This document shows positions 41,027-51,360 of a stretch of 64,000 nt of DNA, one piece after another. Numbering within the stretch: the first letter of the stretch is position 1; each line of letters begins with the position of its first letter. A model generated the notes under the pieces. The model was not told the origin of the DNA. It ran no database searches and saw only the letters and a program-made list of their open reading frames with translations. The position numbers and the translations under genes are program-made. Origin of the DNA: Synechococcus sp. (GTDB taxonomy: Bacteria; Cyanobacteriota; Cyanobacteriia; PCC-6307; Cyanobiaceae); assembly GCA_047285305.1 (NCBI GenBank), contig JBJBDL010000003.1:256001-320000 (forward strand). Direction: 5' to 3'.

Positions 41027-42535
41027 TTATTCCACTGAGGGTGGTTCTCCCTTGCGGGACTCCGGCCGCAACAGCGGGAAGGCGATCACGTCCCGAATCG
41101 AAGGGCTGTCGGTGAGCAGCATCACCAGCCGGTCGATGCCGATCCCCAAACCTCCGGTGGGGGGCATGCCCACCTCCAGGGCCGTGACGAAATCCTCGTC
41201 CAACCCCTGGGCCTCCAGATCGCCCGCCGCCTTGCGCTCCTGCTGGGCCTCAAGACGCTGGCGTTGATCCACGGGATCGGTGAGCTCACTGAAGGCATTG
41301 GCGTGCTCGCGTCCGACGATGAACAACTCAAAGCGTTCCACCAAGCCGGGCTTGCTGCGATGGGGCCTGGCCAGTGGCGAAATCTCCACCGGATAATCGG
41401 TGACGAAAGTGGGCTGAATCAGGGTCGTCTCCACCGCTTGCTCAAAGGCTTCATTGAGCAAGCGGCCCACCGAGTCGGCCAGCTCAGGGGCGTGCAAACC
41501 CTTGGCAGTCATCGCCGCCGCCGCGTCTTCCCGGCTGCTGAGGGTTTTGAAATCGAGCCCCGTCGCGTCCTGCACGAGCTCGTGCATGGTGGCGCGCCGC
41601 CACGGCGGCGCCAGATCAATCTCCGTGCCTTGATAGGTGATGGTGGTCGTCCCGCAGACCTCTTCACAGACGGCGCTGACCATCTGCTCGGTGAGCTCCA
41701 TCATCCCGAGGTAATCGCTGTAGGCCTGATAGATCTCCACCGAGGTGAACTCAGGGTTGTGGCGGGTGCTGACCCCTTCATTACGGAAGATCCGGCCCAG
41801 CTCATACACCCGCTCAAAGCCGCCCACCACCAGGCGCTTCAGGTGCAGTTCCGTCGCAATCCGCAGGGTGAGGGGCAGGTCGAGAGCATTGTGGTGGGTC
41901 TCGAACGGCCGCGCGTCAGCGCCACCGGGTTCGCTCTGAAGCACAGGGGTCTCGATCTCGAGAAAATCGCGCTGATCGAGCCAACGGCGAATGCCGCTGA
42001 CCATTCGGGCCCGACGCCGAAAGGTCTCACGGCTGTCGGGGGACACGACCAGATCGAGATAGCGCTGGCGGTAGCGCTTCTCCACGTCGGCCAATCCATG
42101 CCACTTGTCGGGAAGTGGCTGCAGCGCCTTGGTGAGCATGCGCCAGTCGCTCACCTTCACCGACAGCTCGCCACGGTCGGTGCGACGCAGGGTGCCGCTC
42201 ACCCCAAGCCAGTCGCCACTGTCCACCAGCGAGGTGATCTGTTTGAACCAGCCCTCCTGCTGGGCCTCGAGACCCGCCTTCTCCAGGAACAGCTGAATGG
42301 AGCCCGTCTCATCGGCCAGGGTGAAAAAGGCCAGCTTTCCCATCACCCGGCGGGTCATCACCCTTCCTGCCACGGAAACGCTGACATCCCGCTCTTCCCC
42401 CTTGGGCAGATCGGCATGGGTCTCCTGCAGCTCGGCCATGCGATGGCTGGGGCTGAAGGTGAGGGCATATGGCCCCTGCCCCAGCTCTTCCAAGGTCTTG
42501 GCCTTTTCCAGACGGGTGTCGCGCAGCTCAGACAC
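41027..42535 (-). CDS. lysS: Lysine-tRNA ligase (class II)
   Basis: [31 protein letters not shown] and [15 protein letters not shown] motifs. Confidence 0.98.
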   Translation of the reverse strand: MSELRDTRLEKAKTLEELGQGPYALTFSPSHRMAELQETHADLPKGEERDVSVSVAGRVMTRRVMGKLAFFTLADETGSIQLFLEKAGLEAQQEGWFKQITSLVDSGDWLGVSGTLRRTDRGELSVKVSDWRMLTKALQPLPDKWHGLADVEKRYRQRYLDLVVSPDSRETFRRRARMVSGIRRWLDQRDFLEIETPVLQSEPGGADARPFETHHNALDLPLTLRIATELHLKRLVVGGFERVYELGRIFRNEGVSTRHNPEFTSVEIYQAYSDYLGMMELTEQMVSAVCEEVCGTTTITYQGTEIDLAPPWRRATMHELVQDATGLDFKTLSSREDAAAAMTAKGLHAPELADSVGRLLNEAFEQAVETTLIQPTFVTDYPVEISPLARPHRSKPGLVERFELFIVGREHANAFSELTDPVDQRQRLEAQQERKAAGDLEAQGLDEDFVTALEVGMPPTGGLGIGIDRLVMLLTDSPSIRDVIAFPLLRPESRKGEPPSVE

Positions 42536-42579
42536 AGCAGCAGGTCAGTCGGGCGCCATCCTGCCCGTTCGCGGGTTGA

Positions 42580-43341
42580 TTAACCGGCAGCAGAGGCCTC
42601 GCCCATGCGTTGGGATGCATAACCGATGCCTCGCACCGTGAGGATCAGCTCGGGATTGCGGGGATCAGGCTCCAATTTTCCGCGCAACCGCGCCACATAG
42701 ACATCCACCACTCGCAGATCGGCTGCACGGCGAGGGGGATAACCCCAGAGCTGCTCCAGAATTTCGGCCCGTGGCACCACATGACCGGGGTCGCGGAACA
42801 GCAGCTCCAGCAGGCTGAACTCCGTGTAGGTGAGGTTGATGCGCTCCGATCCACGGGTGACCTGGCGTCGGTTGGTATCCACCACCAGATCACCGAGCCG
42901 CAAAACGCCTTGCCCTGTGGGCAATTCACGGCTTTCAACAACAGCATTGCCCCGGCCCACCCGGCGCAGAATCGTGGCGATGCGTGCCTCGAGTTCTTTG
43001 GGGCTGAAGGGCTTAGGCAGGTAGTCGTCTGCGCCCAGATCCAGACCGGCCACCCGCTCGGAGATCGCTTCAACCGCTGAGAGGAAAATGATCGGGACGC
43101 AGGATTCGGACCGCAGGCGGCGGCATACAGCAAAGCCATCCAGCTTGGGCAGCATCACATCGAGCACCACCAGGTCTGGGGACTCGTTGTGGAACATCTC
43201 TAGGGCCTGCTCACCATCCTCAGCGCAGATGACGCGGTAGCCCGACAGCTGCAGGCGCATCACAAGAACGCGCCGGACTGCTGCCTCGTCATCAACGACA
43301 AGAATGGTCGCTTTCGGTTGTGAGGGCAGGTCGCCCGTCAT
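42580..43341 (-). CDS. srrA: OmpR-family response regulator, RpaB paralogue
   Basis: VVDDE, DVMLP, GADDYLPKPF and LILTVRGIGY motifs; RpaB-like but divergent, next to a sugar-binding lipoprotein gene. Confidence 0.72.
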   Translation of the reverse strand: MTGDLPSQPKATILVVDDEAAVRRVLVMRLQLSGYRVICAEDGEQALEMFHNESPDLVVLDVMLPKLDGFAVCRRLRSESCVPIIFLSAVEAISERVAGLDLGADDYLPKPFSPKELEARIATILRRVGRGNAVVESRELPTGQGVLRLGDLVVDTNRRQVTRGSERINLTYTEFSLLELLFRDPGHVVPRAEILEQLWGYPPRRAADLRVVDVYVARLRGKLEPDPRNPELILTVRGIGYASQRMGEASAAG

Positions 43342-43351
43342 CCGAATCAAA

Positions 43352-43369
43352 CTTTTAACGAGCTGCAAC
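43352..43369 (-). promoter_or_regulatory. Possible degenerate HLR1 (RpaB-binding) direct repeat
   Basis: Minus strand GTTGCAGC-TC-GTTAAAAG with 10-bp spacing, overlapping a TAAGGT -10-like hexamer upstream of the srrA-like gene; several mismatches to consensus. Confidence 0.3.
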
Positions 43370-43433
43370 CTTACTGGTCAGGGCCTTGACACAGAAGCAA
43401 ACACCCTGGCGCGCGTCCGGTTTACTGATTGTT

Positions 43434-44741
43434 TTAAGAATTGCCTGGGGCCTCGGGCCAGCGCGAATGGGCATAACGGTTCCATTCCGACGCCGCAGCT
43501 GTTAAGGCCTGCTCAGGGCTGATCTGGGCCAACATCGCCCGCTGCATCTGGGTGTAGATGATCTTCTGGAGGCGCTTGATCCCCGGCAGCGCCGGCACTA
43601 ACACCAGGGCACGGTCCAACGTGCTGGCCGATAACAAACGGGCCTGGCGAATCTGATGCTCCGCGGCGGTCGCGGGCTCCTCCTGCTCCAACGCCTCACG
43701 CACCCGAGCCAAGGCCTCCAACGACGACGGCAGCACCCGGGCCTCAGCCGCGAAGCGCACCTGTTGATCAGCATCGGTCAGGAACAGTGCAAGATCCACG
43801 GACTCTTGTGCGCGCTGGCTCTGACGCGGCACCGCCAACGTCATCAGGGCCACATTGGCTGTGCCATCTGCACCGGTCACCGGAGGATGGGGCTCCGTCA
43901 CCGCGGCCACCCCCGGCGCATTGGTCTGAATGCTGCGCAGGAATTCGGCCCCCGTGGCTGCCAGGGCCAGATCACCGCTCTGGAACAACTCGATTGCCCG
44001 GCGCTGCCCCTGGCTCACCACCTCCCGGGGCAGCAGCCCCTCTCGGTAGAGATCACTCCAAAAACGAAAGGCCCGGAGCCCTGCAGGACTGTCGAAGGCG
44101 GCCCTGCGTTGGGGGTCCAGCAGGGTCACCCCCATCTGTACCAGGGTTTCCAGGAGCTCGGCCGAGTTGTCCGGAACAGTGGTGAGGAAGAGGCCATAAC
44201 GGCCTGTTCGCTCGCGGATCCGACGGGCGAAGGCCGGCACCTGATCCCAGCGAGTGGGCGGTGCTGCAATGCCGGCTTGATCCAACAGCGCCCGGTTCAC
44301 CAGACTTAGCCGCACAGTGAGGTACCAAGGCACAGCGATCTGCCCGGCATCGGGATCTCGGCAGGCCTGCCACACTGATGGCAGATAACGACCGGCAGCA
44401 GCGGCAGGCAGCAGCGGGGTTAAGTCGGTCAAACCACCCTTGCTAGCCAGATTGGCCGCGAAGGGTGGATTGAGGTTCACCAGATCCGGGGCCGTGCGGG
44501 CAAACACTGAAGCCAGCAACTTACGTTCCACCGACCCCCAGGGCAGATCAGTCCAGCGCACGGGCCCGTCGGGATGGAGGCGACTCCAAGCCCCCAAAAC
44601 ATCCGCGAAATAGGGGTTGAACTTGGGAGCCAATTGCAGGGTCCACAACTCCAATTCCCTGGTCTTTGGGACCCTGGGGCCGCAGGCCGCCAGCCCAAAG
44701 GCCGCTGCACCCAGCAGCAGCTCCCGACGCGTCAGCCTCAT
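43434..44741 (-). CDS. ABC transporter sugar-binding lipoprotein
   Basis: TRRELL twin-Arg-like leader, LAAC lipobox and SBP_bac_1-like body. Confidence 0.85.
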   Translation of the reverse strand: MRLTRRELLLGAAAFGLAACGPRVPKTRELELWTLQLAPKFNPYFADVLGAWSRLHPDGPVRWTDLPWGSVERKLLASVFARTAPDLVNLNPPFAANLASKGGLTDLTPLLPAAAAGRYLPSVWQACRDPDAGQIAVPWYLTVRLSLVNRALLDQAGIAAPPTRWDQVPAFARRIRERTGRYGLFLTTVPDNSAELLETLVQMGVTLLDPQRRAAFDSPAGLRAFRFWSDLYREGLLPREVVSQGQRRAIELFQSGDLALAATGAEFLRSIQTNAPGVAAVTEPHPPVTGADGTANVALMTLAVPRQSQRAQESVDLALFLTDADQQVRFAAEARVLPSSLEALARVREALEQEEPATAAEHQIRQARLLSASTLDRALVLVPALPGIKRLQKIIYTQMQRAMLAQISPEQALTAAASEWNRYAHSRWPEAPGNS

Positions 44742-45247
44742 GAGGGAACCCTCCTTCGCCAAAGGAGCAACTGCAACGACACCAACGCCGGCGCCAACAA
44801 AGCCGTCACCAGGGCCTGACACCAGAGGGTCTGCAGACCCCAGCTCTGGGTGAGGGGATCCAGCACCCCACCTTGATACCACCAGAGCTGAAGAATCAAC
44901 GACAAACCAAGACCCATGGACCCAAGCCAGGCCAACAAGCCCAAATTCAGGCTGCGTTGGATCGGTGCTGCACGCCACCCCAGCCGTCCCCACCACCAGC
45001 CCAGCAACAGCAGCGCCGGCACCTGACTAACACCACTCAGATTGAGACCATCCAGCACCAGCCCCAAAGCCACACCCGACAACGCCCCCGACACCGGACC
45101 ATCCACGAGAGCCCAGGGCAACAGCCAGAGCACAGCCCAGGCGGGACCAACCCCATCAATAGCCAACCAAGGTGGCGAAGCCAAGGCCAGAAAAGGAACC
45201 ATCAATCCCGAGGCCACACAAATCGGTTGTCGGTGCAGACGCGTCAT
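44738..45247 (-). CDS. mreD: Rod shape-determining protein MreD
   Basis: Hydrophobic protein with GLVLDGL motif, third gene after mreB and mreC. Confidence 0.8.
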   Translation of the reverse strand: MTRLHRQPICVASGLMVPFLALASPPWLAIDGVGPAWAVLWLLPWALVDGPVSGALSGVALGLVLDGLNLSGVSQVPALLLLGWWWGRLGWRAAPIQRSLNLGLLAWLGSMGLGLSLILQLWWYQGGVLDPLTQSWGLQTLWCQALVTALLAPALVSLQLLLWRRRVPS

Positions 45248-45261
45248 ATCAGTGGTTCATC

Positions 45262-46008
45262 TCAACGGGTCTGCACTTGCACCCAGTCGATCGCCTCCGG
45301 TGCTGCAATCAACTGGACTACCGCTACGGGCGCAGGAACAGACTGTTCATCCACCGACTGGATCACCCCCACCGGAACGTTGGGGGACAACAGGGTGCTG
45401 GCCGGAGACGTGGCCACCAGATCCCCAGGACGCACATCTGGGTCCTTGTCGATGAAACGAAGGGACAGACGGCTGCTGCCGTGGCCCACAAGCAATCCGT
45501 GGTGGCGGCTGCGGGGCAGCCAGACGCCGATCTCATGGCCCGGGGCAGTTAGCAACTTCACCCGCGCCGTGGCGGGGGTAACACTTTCGATGCGGCCCAC
45601 CAAACCGCCAGGGCCAAGAACCGCATCGCTCCGACCGATGCCCTGCAGCGAGCCCTTGCCCAGTTGCAATTGCTGCCACCACCCCCGCGACGAGCGGGAG
45701 ATCACGGCAGCCGAAACGTTTCCTCGCGCTGATCCTTGTTGCTGTAACTCCAGCAGAGCGCGCAAGCGACGGTTGTCATCTTCCAGCAGCTGAAGACGAG
45801 ACCGCTCCTCCAAATCCGTTGCAGCCATGACCCATTCCCGCTGGGCAGAACCAGGCCAGAACGGACGGCTGAGCAGGGCATAGGCATCAGTGAAACCAGC
45901 ACCCTTGCTCAGACGCACCATGAGAAGCCCTGCTACAAGCAGCAGCCAGGGGGTGAGTTGCCACAATCCGCGCCAGCGGCTCTTGCTGGGACGGAGCGTC
46001 GGGGCCAT
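45262..46008 (-). CDS. mreC: Rod shape-determining protein MreC
   Basis: DNRRLRALL coiled coil, GGLVGRI, GDLVATS and PVGVI motifs. Confidence 0.9.
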   Translation of the reverse strand: MAPTLRPSKSRWRGLWQLTPWLLLVAGLLMVRLSKGAGFTDAYALLSRPFWPGSAQREWVMAATDLEERSRLQLLEDDNRRLRALLELQQQGSARGNVSAAVISRSSRGWWQQLQLGKGSLQGIGRSDAVLGPGGLVGRIESVTPATARVKLLTAPGHEIGVWLPRSRHHGLLVGHGSSRLSLRFIDKDPDVRPGDLVATSPASTLLSPNVPVGVIQSVDEQSVPAPVAVVQLIAAPEAIDWVQVQTR

Positions 46009-46012
46009 CGCT

Positions 46013-47071
46013 TCAGACGCCTGCCGCAGTTCGGACGAATTCCGGGGTATCCACCACCCGCTGCAAGCGTTTCCAGTCCTCCAGCACCTGACCACATCCG
46101 TTCACCACACAGAGCAGAGGGTCTTCGGCAATGTGCACAAAGATGCCGGTCTCATGGCTGATCAGGTCGCTGATGCCCCGGACCAAGGCACCACCGCCAG
46201 CCAGCATGATGCCGCGGTCGACGATGTCGGCTGCCAGCTCAGGGGGTGTGCGCTCCAGGGTGCGCTTCACCGCCTCGACAATCACATTGAGGGGTTCAGC
46301 GATAGCTTCCCGCAGATCACCGGCCTTGAGATTGATGGTGCGCGGCAAACCAGAGAGCAGGTGCAGACCCCGCACATCCATGGACTGCTGATCGAACTCG
46401 TCGTCGGGGAAGGCGGAGCCGATCCTGATCTTGATTTCCTCGGCCGTACGTTCACCCACCACCATGTTGTGGACCTTTTTGAGGTAAACGCTGATGGAGT
46501 CGCTGATCTCATCGCCGGCAACCCGAACAGATTCACTCAGAACCGTTCCGCCCAGGCTCAACACCGCCACCTCAGTGGTGCCTCCGCCGATATCAACCAT
46601 CATCGTTCCAACTGGCTCGGTGACCGGAAGGCCAGCGCCAATGGCGGCTGCCACCGGCTCATCAATCAGATGCACCTCACGGGCCCCAGCCATGCCCGCC
46701 TCACGAACTGCGCGACGCTCGACACCGGTCACACCACTTGGAATGCCAACCACGAGCCGAGGGGCAATGATGCCACGGCCCTCATTGCCTTTGGTAATGA
46801 AAGTTTTGAGCATCTGCTCAGCGGCATCAAAATCGGCAATCACCCCATCGCGCAACGGGCGGACGGCCCGAATGTTTCCAGGGGTGCGGCCAAGCATCAA
46901 CTTGGCCTCATCACCCACAGCCATGGTGGTGCCACGCTCGAGATCAAGAGCAACTACTGAGGGCTCCTGCAGCACGATGCCCCGACCAGAAACGTAGATC
47001 AGGGTGTTGGCGGTGCCCAGGTCGATGCCGATGTCGCGCGACAGCTGGAAACGACGAAAGAACACAGACAT
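46013..47071 (-). CDS. mreB: Actin-like protein MreB
   Basis: IGIDLGTANT, RPLRDGVIADF, VDIGGGTTEVA and LAGGGAL motifs; start could also be GTG at 47065. Confidence 0.97.
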   Translation of the reverse strand: MSVFFRRFQLSRDIGIDLGTANTLIYVSGRGIVLQEPSVVALDLERGTTMAVGDEAKLMLGRTPGNIRAVRPLRDGVIADFDAAEQMLKTFITKGNEGRGIIAPRLVVGIPSGVTGVERRAVREAGMAGAREVHLIDEPVAAAIGAGLPVTEPVGTMMVDIGGGTTEVAVLSLGGTVLSESVRVAGDEISDSISVYLKKVHNMVVGERTAEEIKIRIGSAFPDDEFDQQSMDVRGLHLLSGLPRTINLKAGDLREAIAEPLNVIVEAVKRTLERTPPELAADIVDRGIMLAGGGALVRGISDLISHETGIFVHIAEDPLLCVVNGCGQVLEDWKRLQRVVDTPEFVRTAAGV

Positions 47072-47207
47072 CGCGGCCAAGACCGCCGGATCATAGGGGC
47101 GTTCTCAGCGGTTGCCAGTTGCACCCAGCGGCTTAGGTGGAACTCCTTAAAAGCAGTCACCTAATCCGTGCCGCATCATGAGTTCAAATTCAGGAGATGA
47201 AGTGTCT

Positions 47208-47585
47208 ATGGGCGTTAATTCCGTCACACTCGTCGGCCGTGCCGGCCGAGATCCCGAAGTGCGTTACTTCGAGTCCGGGAACATGGTGGCCAACCTCACC
47301 ATGGCAGTGAACCGTCGCAGCCGCGACGATGAACCCGACTGGTTCAACCTGGAGATCTGGGGCAAGCAGGCCCAGGTTGCTGCGGATTACGTGAAGAAGG
47401 GATCCTTGCTCGGCATCATCGGCAGCTTCAAGCTTGACCGCTGGACCGACCGTGCCAGCGGGGAAGAGCGCAGCAAGCCCGTGGTCCGTGTGGATCGGCT
47501 CGAACTGCTGGGATCCAAACGAGACAACCAGGAGGCCGCCGGCAGCTTTGGTGGCCAGGCCTCCGATGAGGACATCCCCTTCTGA
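47208..47585 (+). CDS. ssb: Single-stranded DNA-binding protein
   Basis: NSVTLVGRAGRDPE, WGKQA and acidic DEDIPF tail. Confidence 0.96.
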   Translation: MGVNSVTLVGRAGRDPEVRYFESGNMVANLTMAVNRRSRDDEPDWFNLEIWGKQAQVAADYVKKGSLLGIIGSFKLDRWTDRASGEERSKPVVRVDRLELLGSKRDNQEAAGSFGGQASDEDIPF

Positions 47586-47618
47586 GCTTCCTACCCAGGT
47601 CAACCCCAGCGCCGGTTC

Positions 47619-48278
47619 TCAGTCGGATGACTGAAGCCGGCGCCAAATGCGCAGACCCAACCAAATCGCGCCCGCCAGCAGCGACACCACCAGCAACCCC
47701 TTGACGGCCTTGGAGACTGGGTCAATCCAGAGCTCAACGTTGCTGTAGCTCTCGCCGAGAACCATGCCCGCCACAGTGAGCACGGCCGTCCAGATCAGGC
47801 TGCCGGCGGTGGTCCAGACCAGAAACGGCGCCATCGGCATCATTTCAATGCCTGCTGGGACCGAGATCAACGTGCGAATTCCAGGCACCAATCGCCCCCA
47901 GAACACCAGGGTGGTGCCATAGCGGCTGAACCAGCGACGGCTGCGGGCCAACTCATCGGCACTGATGCCAATCCAGCGACCGTGGCGTTGCAACCATGCA
48001 TCGATCCTTCCCTCGTTGATGAACCGTCCGATCCCGTACCAAGGCAGGGCACCGAACACCGTGCCCAGCAAACCAGCCAGCACAACGGGCACCAGATCCA
48101 GCTGACCCTGCTGCACATAGAAGCCCCCGAGGGGCATGATCAACTCGGACGGAATCGGTGGGAACAGATTTTCAAGAAACATCGCCGCGAAAATCGCGGT
48201 GTAACCCAGCCACTGATTCGCCTCCACCGCCTGGCCGATCAACTCCGGCAGTTGTGTGATCAGATCAGAAAGCCCCAT
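47619..48278 (-). CDS. DedA family membrane protein
   Basis: FLENLFPPIPSELIMPLGG and GRLVPGIRTLISVPAG motifs. Confidence 0.93.
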   Translation of the reverse strand: MGLSDLITQLPELIGQAVEANQWLGYTAIFAAMFLENLFPPIPSELIMPLGGFYVQQGQLDLVPVVLAGLLGTVFGALPWYGIGRFINEGRIDAWLQRHGRWIGISADELARSRRWFSRYGTTLVFWGRLVPGIRTLISVPAGIEMMPMAPFLVWTTAGSLIWTAVLTVAGMVLGESYSNVELWIDPVSKAVKGLLVVSLLAGAIWLGLRIWRRLQSSD

Positions 48279-48348
48279 GGAGACTGCGCTTGATAGCGCA
48301 AGTCTTCCATGGGGCCGTGAAAATCAGATTCCTATCCGCTGACAGTGA

Positions 48349-49779
48349 TCAATAGCGATAGTGATCGGGCTTAAAGGGACCTTCAACAGGCACATTGATG
48401 TAGTCGGCTTGATCCTTGCTGAGCTCGGTGAGCTTGGCGCCGATACGACCGAGGTGAAGGCGAGCAACCATCTCATCGAGATGCTTGGGCAGCACGTACA
48501 CCTCCTTGGCGTACTCATCGCCCTTGGTGAACAGCTCAATCTGCGCCAACACCTGGTTGGTGAAGGAGTTGCTCATCACAAAGCTGGGGTGACCGGTAGC
48601 GCAGCCCAGGTTCACCAGGCGGCCTTCGGCCAGCAGGATGATTTTGTTACCGCTGGGCAGGGTGATGTGATCCACCTGCGGCTTGATGTTCTCCCACTCG
48701 TACTGCTTGAGGGAGGCGACATCGATCTCGTTATCGAAGTGACCGATGTTGCAGACGATGGCTTCATCTTTCATCTTCACCAGGTGCTCATTACGGATTA
48801 CCTGGTAGTTGCCGGTGGCGGTCACGAAAATATCCATGTCTTCGACCACGTCTTCGAGACGGACGACGCGGTAGCCCTCCATAGCGGCCTGCAGTGCGCA
48901 GATCGGGTCCACTTCCGCAATGCAGACGGTTGCACCGAGTCCACGAAGGGACTGGGCAGAACCCTTGCCAACATCGCCGTAGCCGATCACCAAGGCTTGC
49001 TTACCCGCCACCATCACATCAGTGGCGCGCTTGATGCTGTCCACCAATGACTCGCGACAGCCATAGAGGTTGTCAAACTTGCTTTTGGTGACCGAGTCAT
49101 TGACGTTGATGGCGGGGAAAGGCAACTCACCGCTCTTCTGCATCTTGTAGAGACGCGCCACACCTGTGGTGGTCTCCTCGGTGACGCCCTGGATCTGGGC
49201 TTTGGTACGGGAATAGAAGCTCGGGTCCTGGGCCAGTTTCTTCTTGATCGAAGCGAAGAGGAAGGTCTCCTCTTCGTTCCCAGGGTTGTCCAAAACAGTG
49301 ATGTCATGCTCGGCCTTACTGCCCAGCATGACCAAACCGGTGGCATCGCCACCGTCATCCAAAATCATGTTGGGGGAGCCGCCATCACCCCACTCGAGGA
49401 TGCGGTGAGTGTAGTCCCAGTAGTCCTCAAGAGTCTCACCCTTGACCGCGAAAACCGGAATGCCCTGAGCGGCGATGGCTGCAGCGGCGTGGTCCTGGGT
49501 GGAGAAGATGTTGCAGGAGGCCCAGCGAACTTCGGCCCCTAGTTCAACCAGGGTCTCGATCAAGACCGCGGTCTGAATCGTCATATGTAGGGAACCAGCG
49601 ATGCGCGCACCCTTGAGGGGCTTATTGGCGCCATATTTTTCGCGCAGAGCCATAAGACCGGGCATCTCGGTCTCGGCAATGTCGAGCTCCTTACGGCCGT
49701 ATTCAGCCTGATTGATGTCTGCAATGACGTATTCAACGCATTGCTCTAGCTGAGCCGCGAACTGGGACGCTGCCACCAT
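48349..49779 (-). CDS. ahcY: Adenosylhomocysteinase
   Basis: [30 protein letters not shown] and [14 protein letters not shown] motifs; start placed at ATG 49779. Confidence 0.98.
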   Translation of the reverse strand: MVAASQFAAQLEQCVEYVIADINQAEYGRKELDIAETEMPGLMALREKYGANKPLKGARIAGSLHMTIQTAVLIETLVELGAEVRWASCNIFSTQDHAAAAIAAQGIPVFAVKGETLEDYWDYTHRILEWGDGGSPNMILDDGGDATGLVMLGSKAEHDITVLDNPGNEEETFLFASIKKKLAQDPSFYSRTKAQIQGVTEETTTGVARLYKMQKSGELPFPAINVNDSVTKSKFDNLYGCRESLVDSIKRATDVMVAGKQALVIGYGDVGKGSAQSLRGLGATVCIAEVDPICALQAAMEGYRVVRLEDVVEDMDIFVTATGNYQVIRNEHLVKMKDEAIVCNIGHFDNEIDVASLKQYEWENIKPQVDHITLPSGNKIILLAEGRLVNLGCATGHPSFVMSNSFTNQVLAQIELFTKGDEYAKEVYVLPKHLDEMVARLHLGRIGAKLTELSKDQADYINVPVEGPFKPDHYRY

Positions 49780-49795
49780 GGTTTTAGTACTCCCT

Positions 49796-50302
49796 ATGGG
49801 AAACGTGGAGTTGAATCTCTGCAGAGACGCCGAGGCTTCGGGCTCGCCAGGAAGCGACTCTACTGGTCGATGCTGGTTACTCGAGACCCTCGAAACAACG
49901 AAAACTCTGGGTCGAGCTCTAGCGCAGGGTCTACCAACGGGAGCAATCCTTCTGCTTAGCGGCCCCTTGGGAGCCGGCAAAACATGTCTTGTGCAAGGTC
50001 TAGCTGAAGGATTGGGAATCGTCGAACCAATTACCAGTCCGACCTTTGCCTTGTCACAACACTACCCCCAAGGCACGCCGAAACTGGTTCACATTGATCT
50101 ATATCGCCTAGATGAAGCTGTATCTGCAGACGAACTGTTTTTGCAAGAAGAAGAAGAGGCACGCAGTGCAGGTGCATTCATGGCAGTGGAGTGGCCAGAA
50201 CGACTAGGGATCGATCTGCCAGAGGCATGGCGCCTCGAATTGCAATACAAGAATGAGAGACGAATGGCTCAACTATTTCCTCCTAGGAAGGCCATCACCT
50301 GA
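49796..50302 (+). CDS. tsaE: tRNA threonylcarbamoyladenosine biosynthesis ATPase
   Basis: [19 protein letters not shown] and AVEWPE motifs; start uncertain. Confidence 0.92.
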   Translation: MGNVELNLCRDAEASGSPGSDSTGRCWLLETLETTKTLGRALAQGLPTGAILLLSGPLGAGKTCLVQGLAEGLGIVEPITSPTFALSQHYPQGTPKLVHIDLYRLDEAVSADELFLQEEEEARSAGAFMAVEWPERLGIDLPEAWRLELQYKNERRMAQLFPPRKAIT

Positions 50303-51252
50303 GACTCAGTGGGCTGAGGATCAATGCCGCCAGCACCTGTGCAAACCAGTGCGCCGCACGCAACGGCAAAGCGAATACGTTGAACTTCCGGGAGGGACCA
50401 GCAATGCAAGAGACCGGCAGTGAATGCATCTCCGGCACCAGTCGTATCGACAACGGTGGGTGGGTGAAAAGAAGTCTGCTGACCTGACTCAGTACCAAGT
50501 TGCCATCGGATGGGGGACGATCCATCTGTAACAACAACATCAGGGCGCTGGGGCAGGGACTGTTGGATCACTCCCGGATCATCAACATTGAAAAACCAAA
50601 GCGCTTCCTGACGTGAAAGCTTGATGAGAGAGGCAATGGCAAGAAGTGGTTGGATGATTAATTTGGCAGATGAAGAGGGTCCTGCGTCAAAATCTGCACT
50701 TGAATCCCAGAATGTTGGGCGCCAATTTACATCTAAGGCAATCCGTAGTCCGGCATCTTGAGACTGCTTTACAGCCCAGCGTAAAACCTCAGCGGAGGAT
50801 GGTGAGGAAAGAGGAATAGTCCCGAGGAGAAGCCACTGAGCATCTTCGGAAAGATCAGGCCAAACCGCCTGAAGTTCCGAACAATCAAGTGCTTCATCAG
50901 AAAAACCTAAGCCTTGGTCCCCAACAAAACCATGAAAAACACGTTCACCATCGATGAAGCGACGAACCTGGACGATACGTGTAGGACGTAAAGAATCACG
51001 CTGTAGACCCAAAGGAACTACACCGCGGTTAGCCATCAAATTAGCCAATGAATCACCAATCGCATCGCGACCTAATCGCCCGACAAAAGCAACAGGTGTT
51101 CCTAGGCGAGCCAATCCACAAGCAACATTTGCGGGTGCTCCACCAACTCGGTCATCAAATTGATTAAGAGCTGCCGAAGAGGGATCTATGCCTGGGGCAA
51201 ATAAACGATCAACAAGTCCTTCACCCAGACAAACTACTTTTGGTGGAAGCAT
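50269..51252 (-). CDS. PfkB-family carbohydrate kinase (fructokinase-like)
   Basis: GGAPANVA, DVNWRP and VDTTGAGDAF motifs. Confidence 0.92.
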   Translation of the reverse strand: MLPPKVVCLGEGLVDRLFAPGIDPSSAALNQFDDRVGGAPANVACGLARLGTPVAFVGRLGRDAIGDSLANLMANRGVVPLGLQRDSLRPTRIVQVRRFIDGERVFHGFVGDQGLGFSDEALDCSELQAVWPDLSEDAQWLLLGTIPLSSPSSAEVLRWAVKQSQDAGLRIALDVNWRPTFWDSSADFDAGPSSSAKLIIQPLLAIASLIKLSRQEALWFFNVDDPGVIQQSLPQRPDVVVTDGSSPIRWQLGTESGQQTSFHPPTVVDTTGAGDAFTAGLLHCWSLPEVQRIRFAVACGALVCTGAGGIDPQPTESQVMAFLGGNS

Positions 51253-51360
51253 AAGGTGTCAGAAAACAGTAGGTAGCTGATAAGGTTGGATAGAGACCAA
51301 AGCAACGACAGGAACCAGATGCTTTAAGGTAGTAGGGTAAAGGTAGACCCATAGGCCGAA

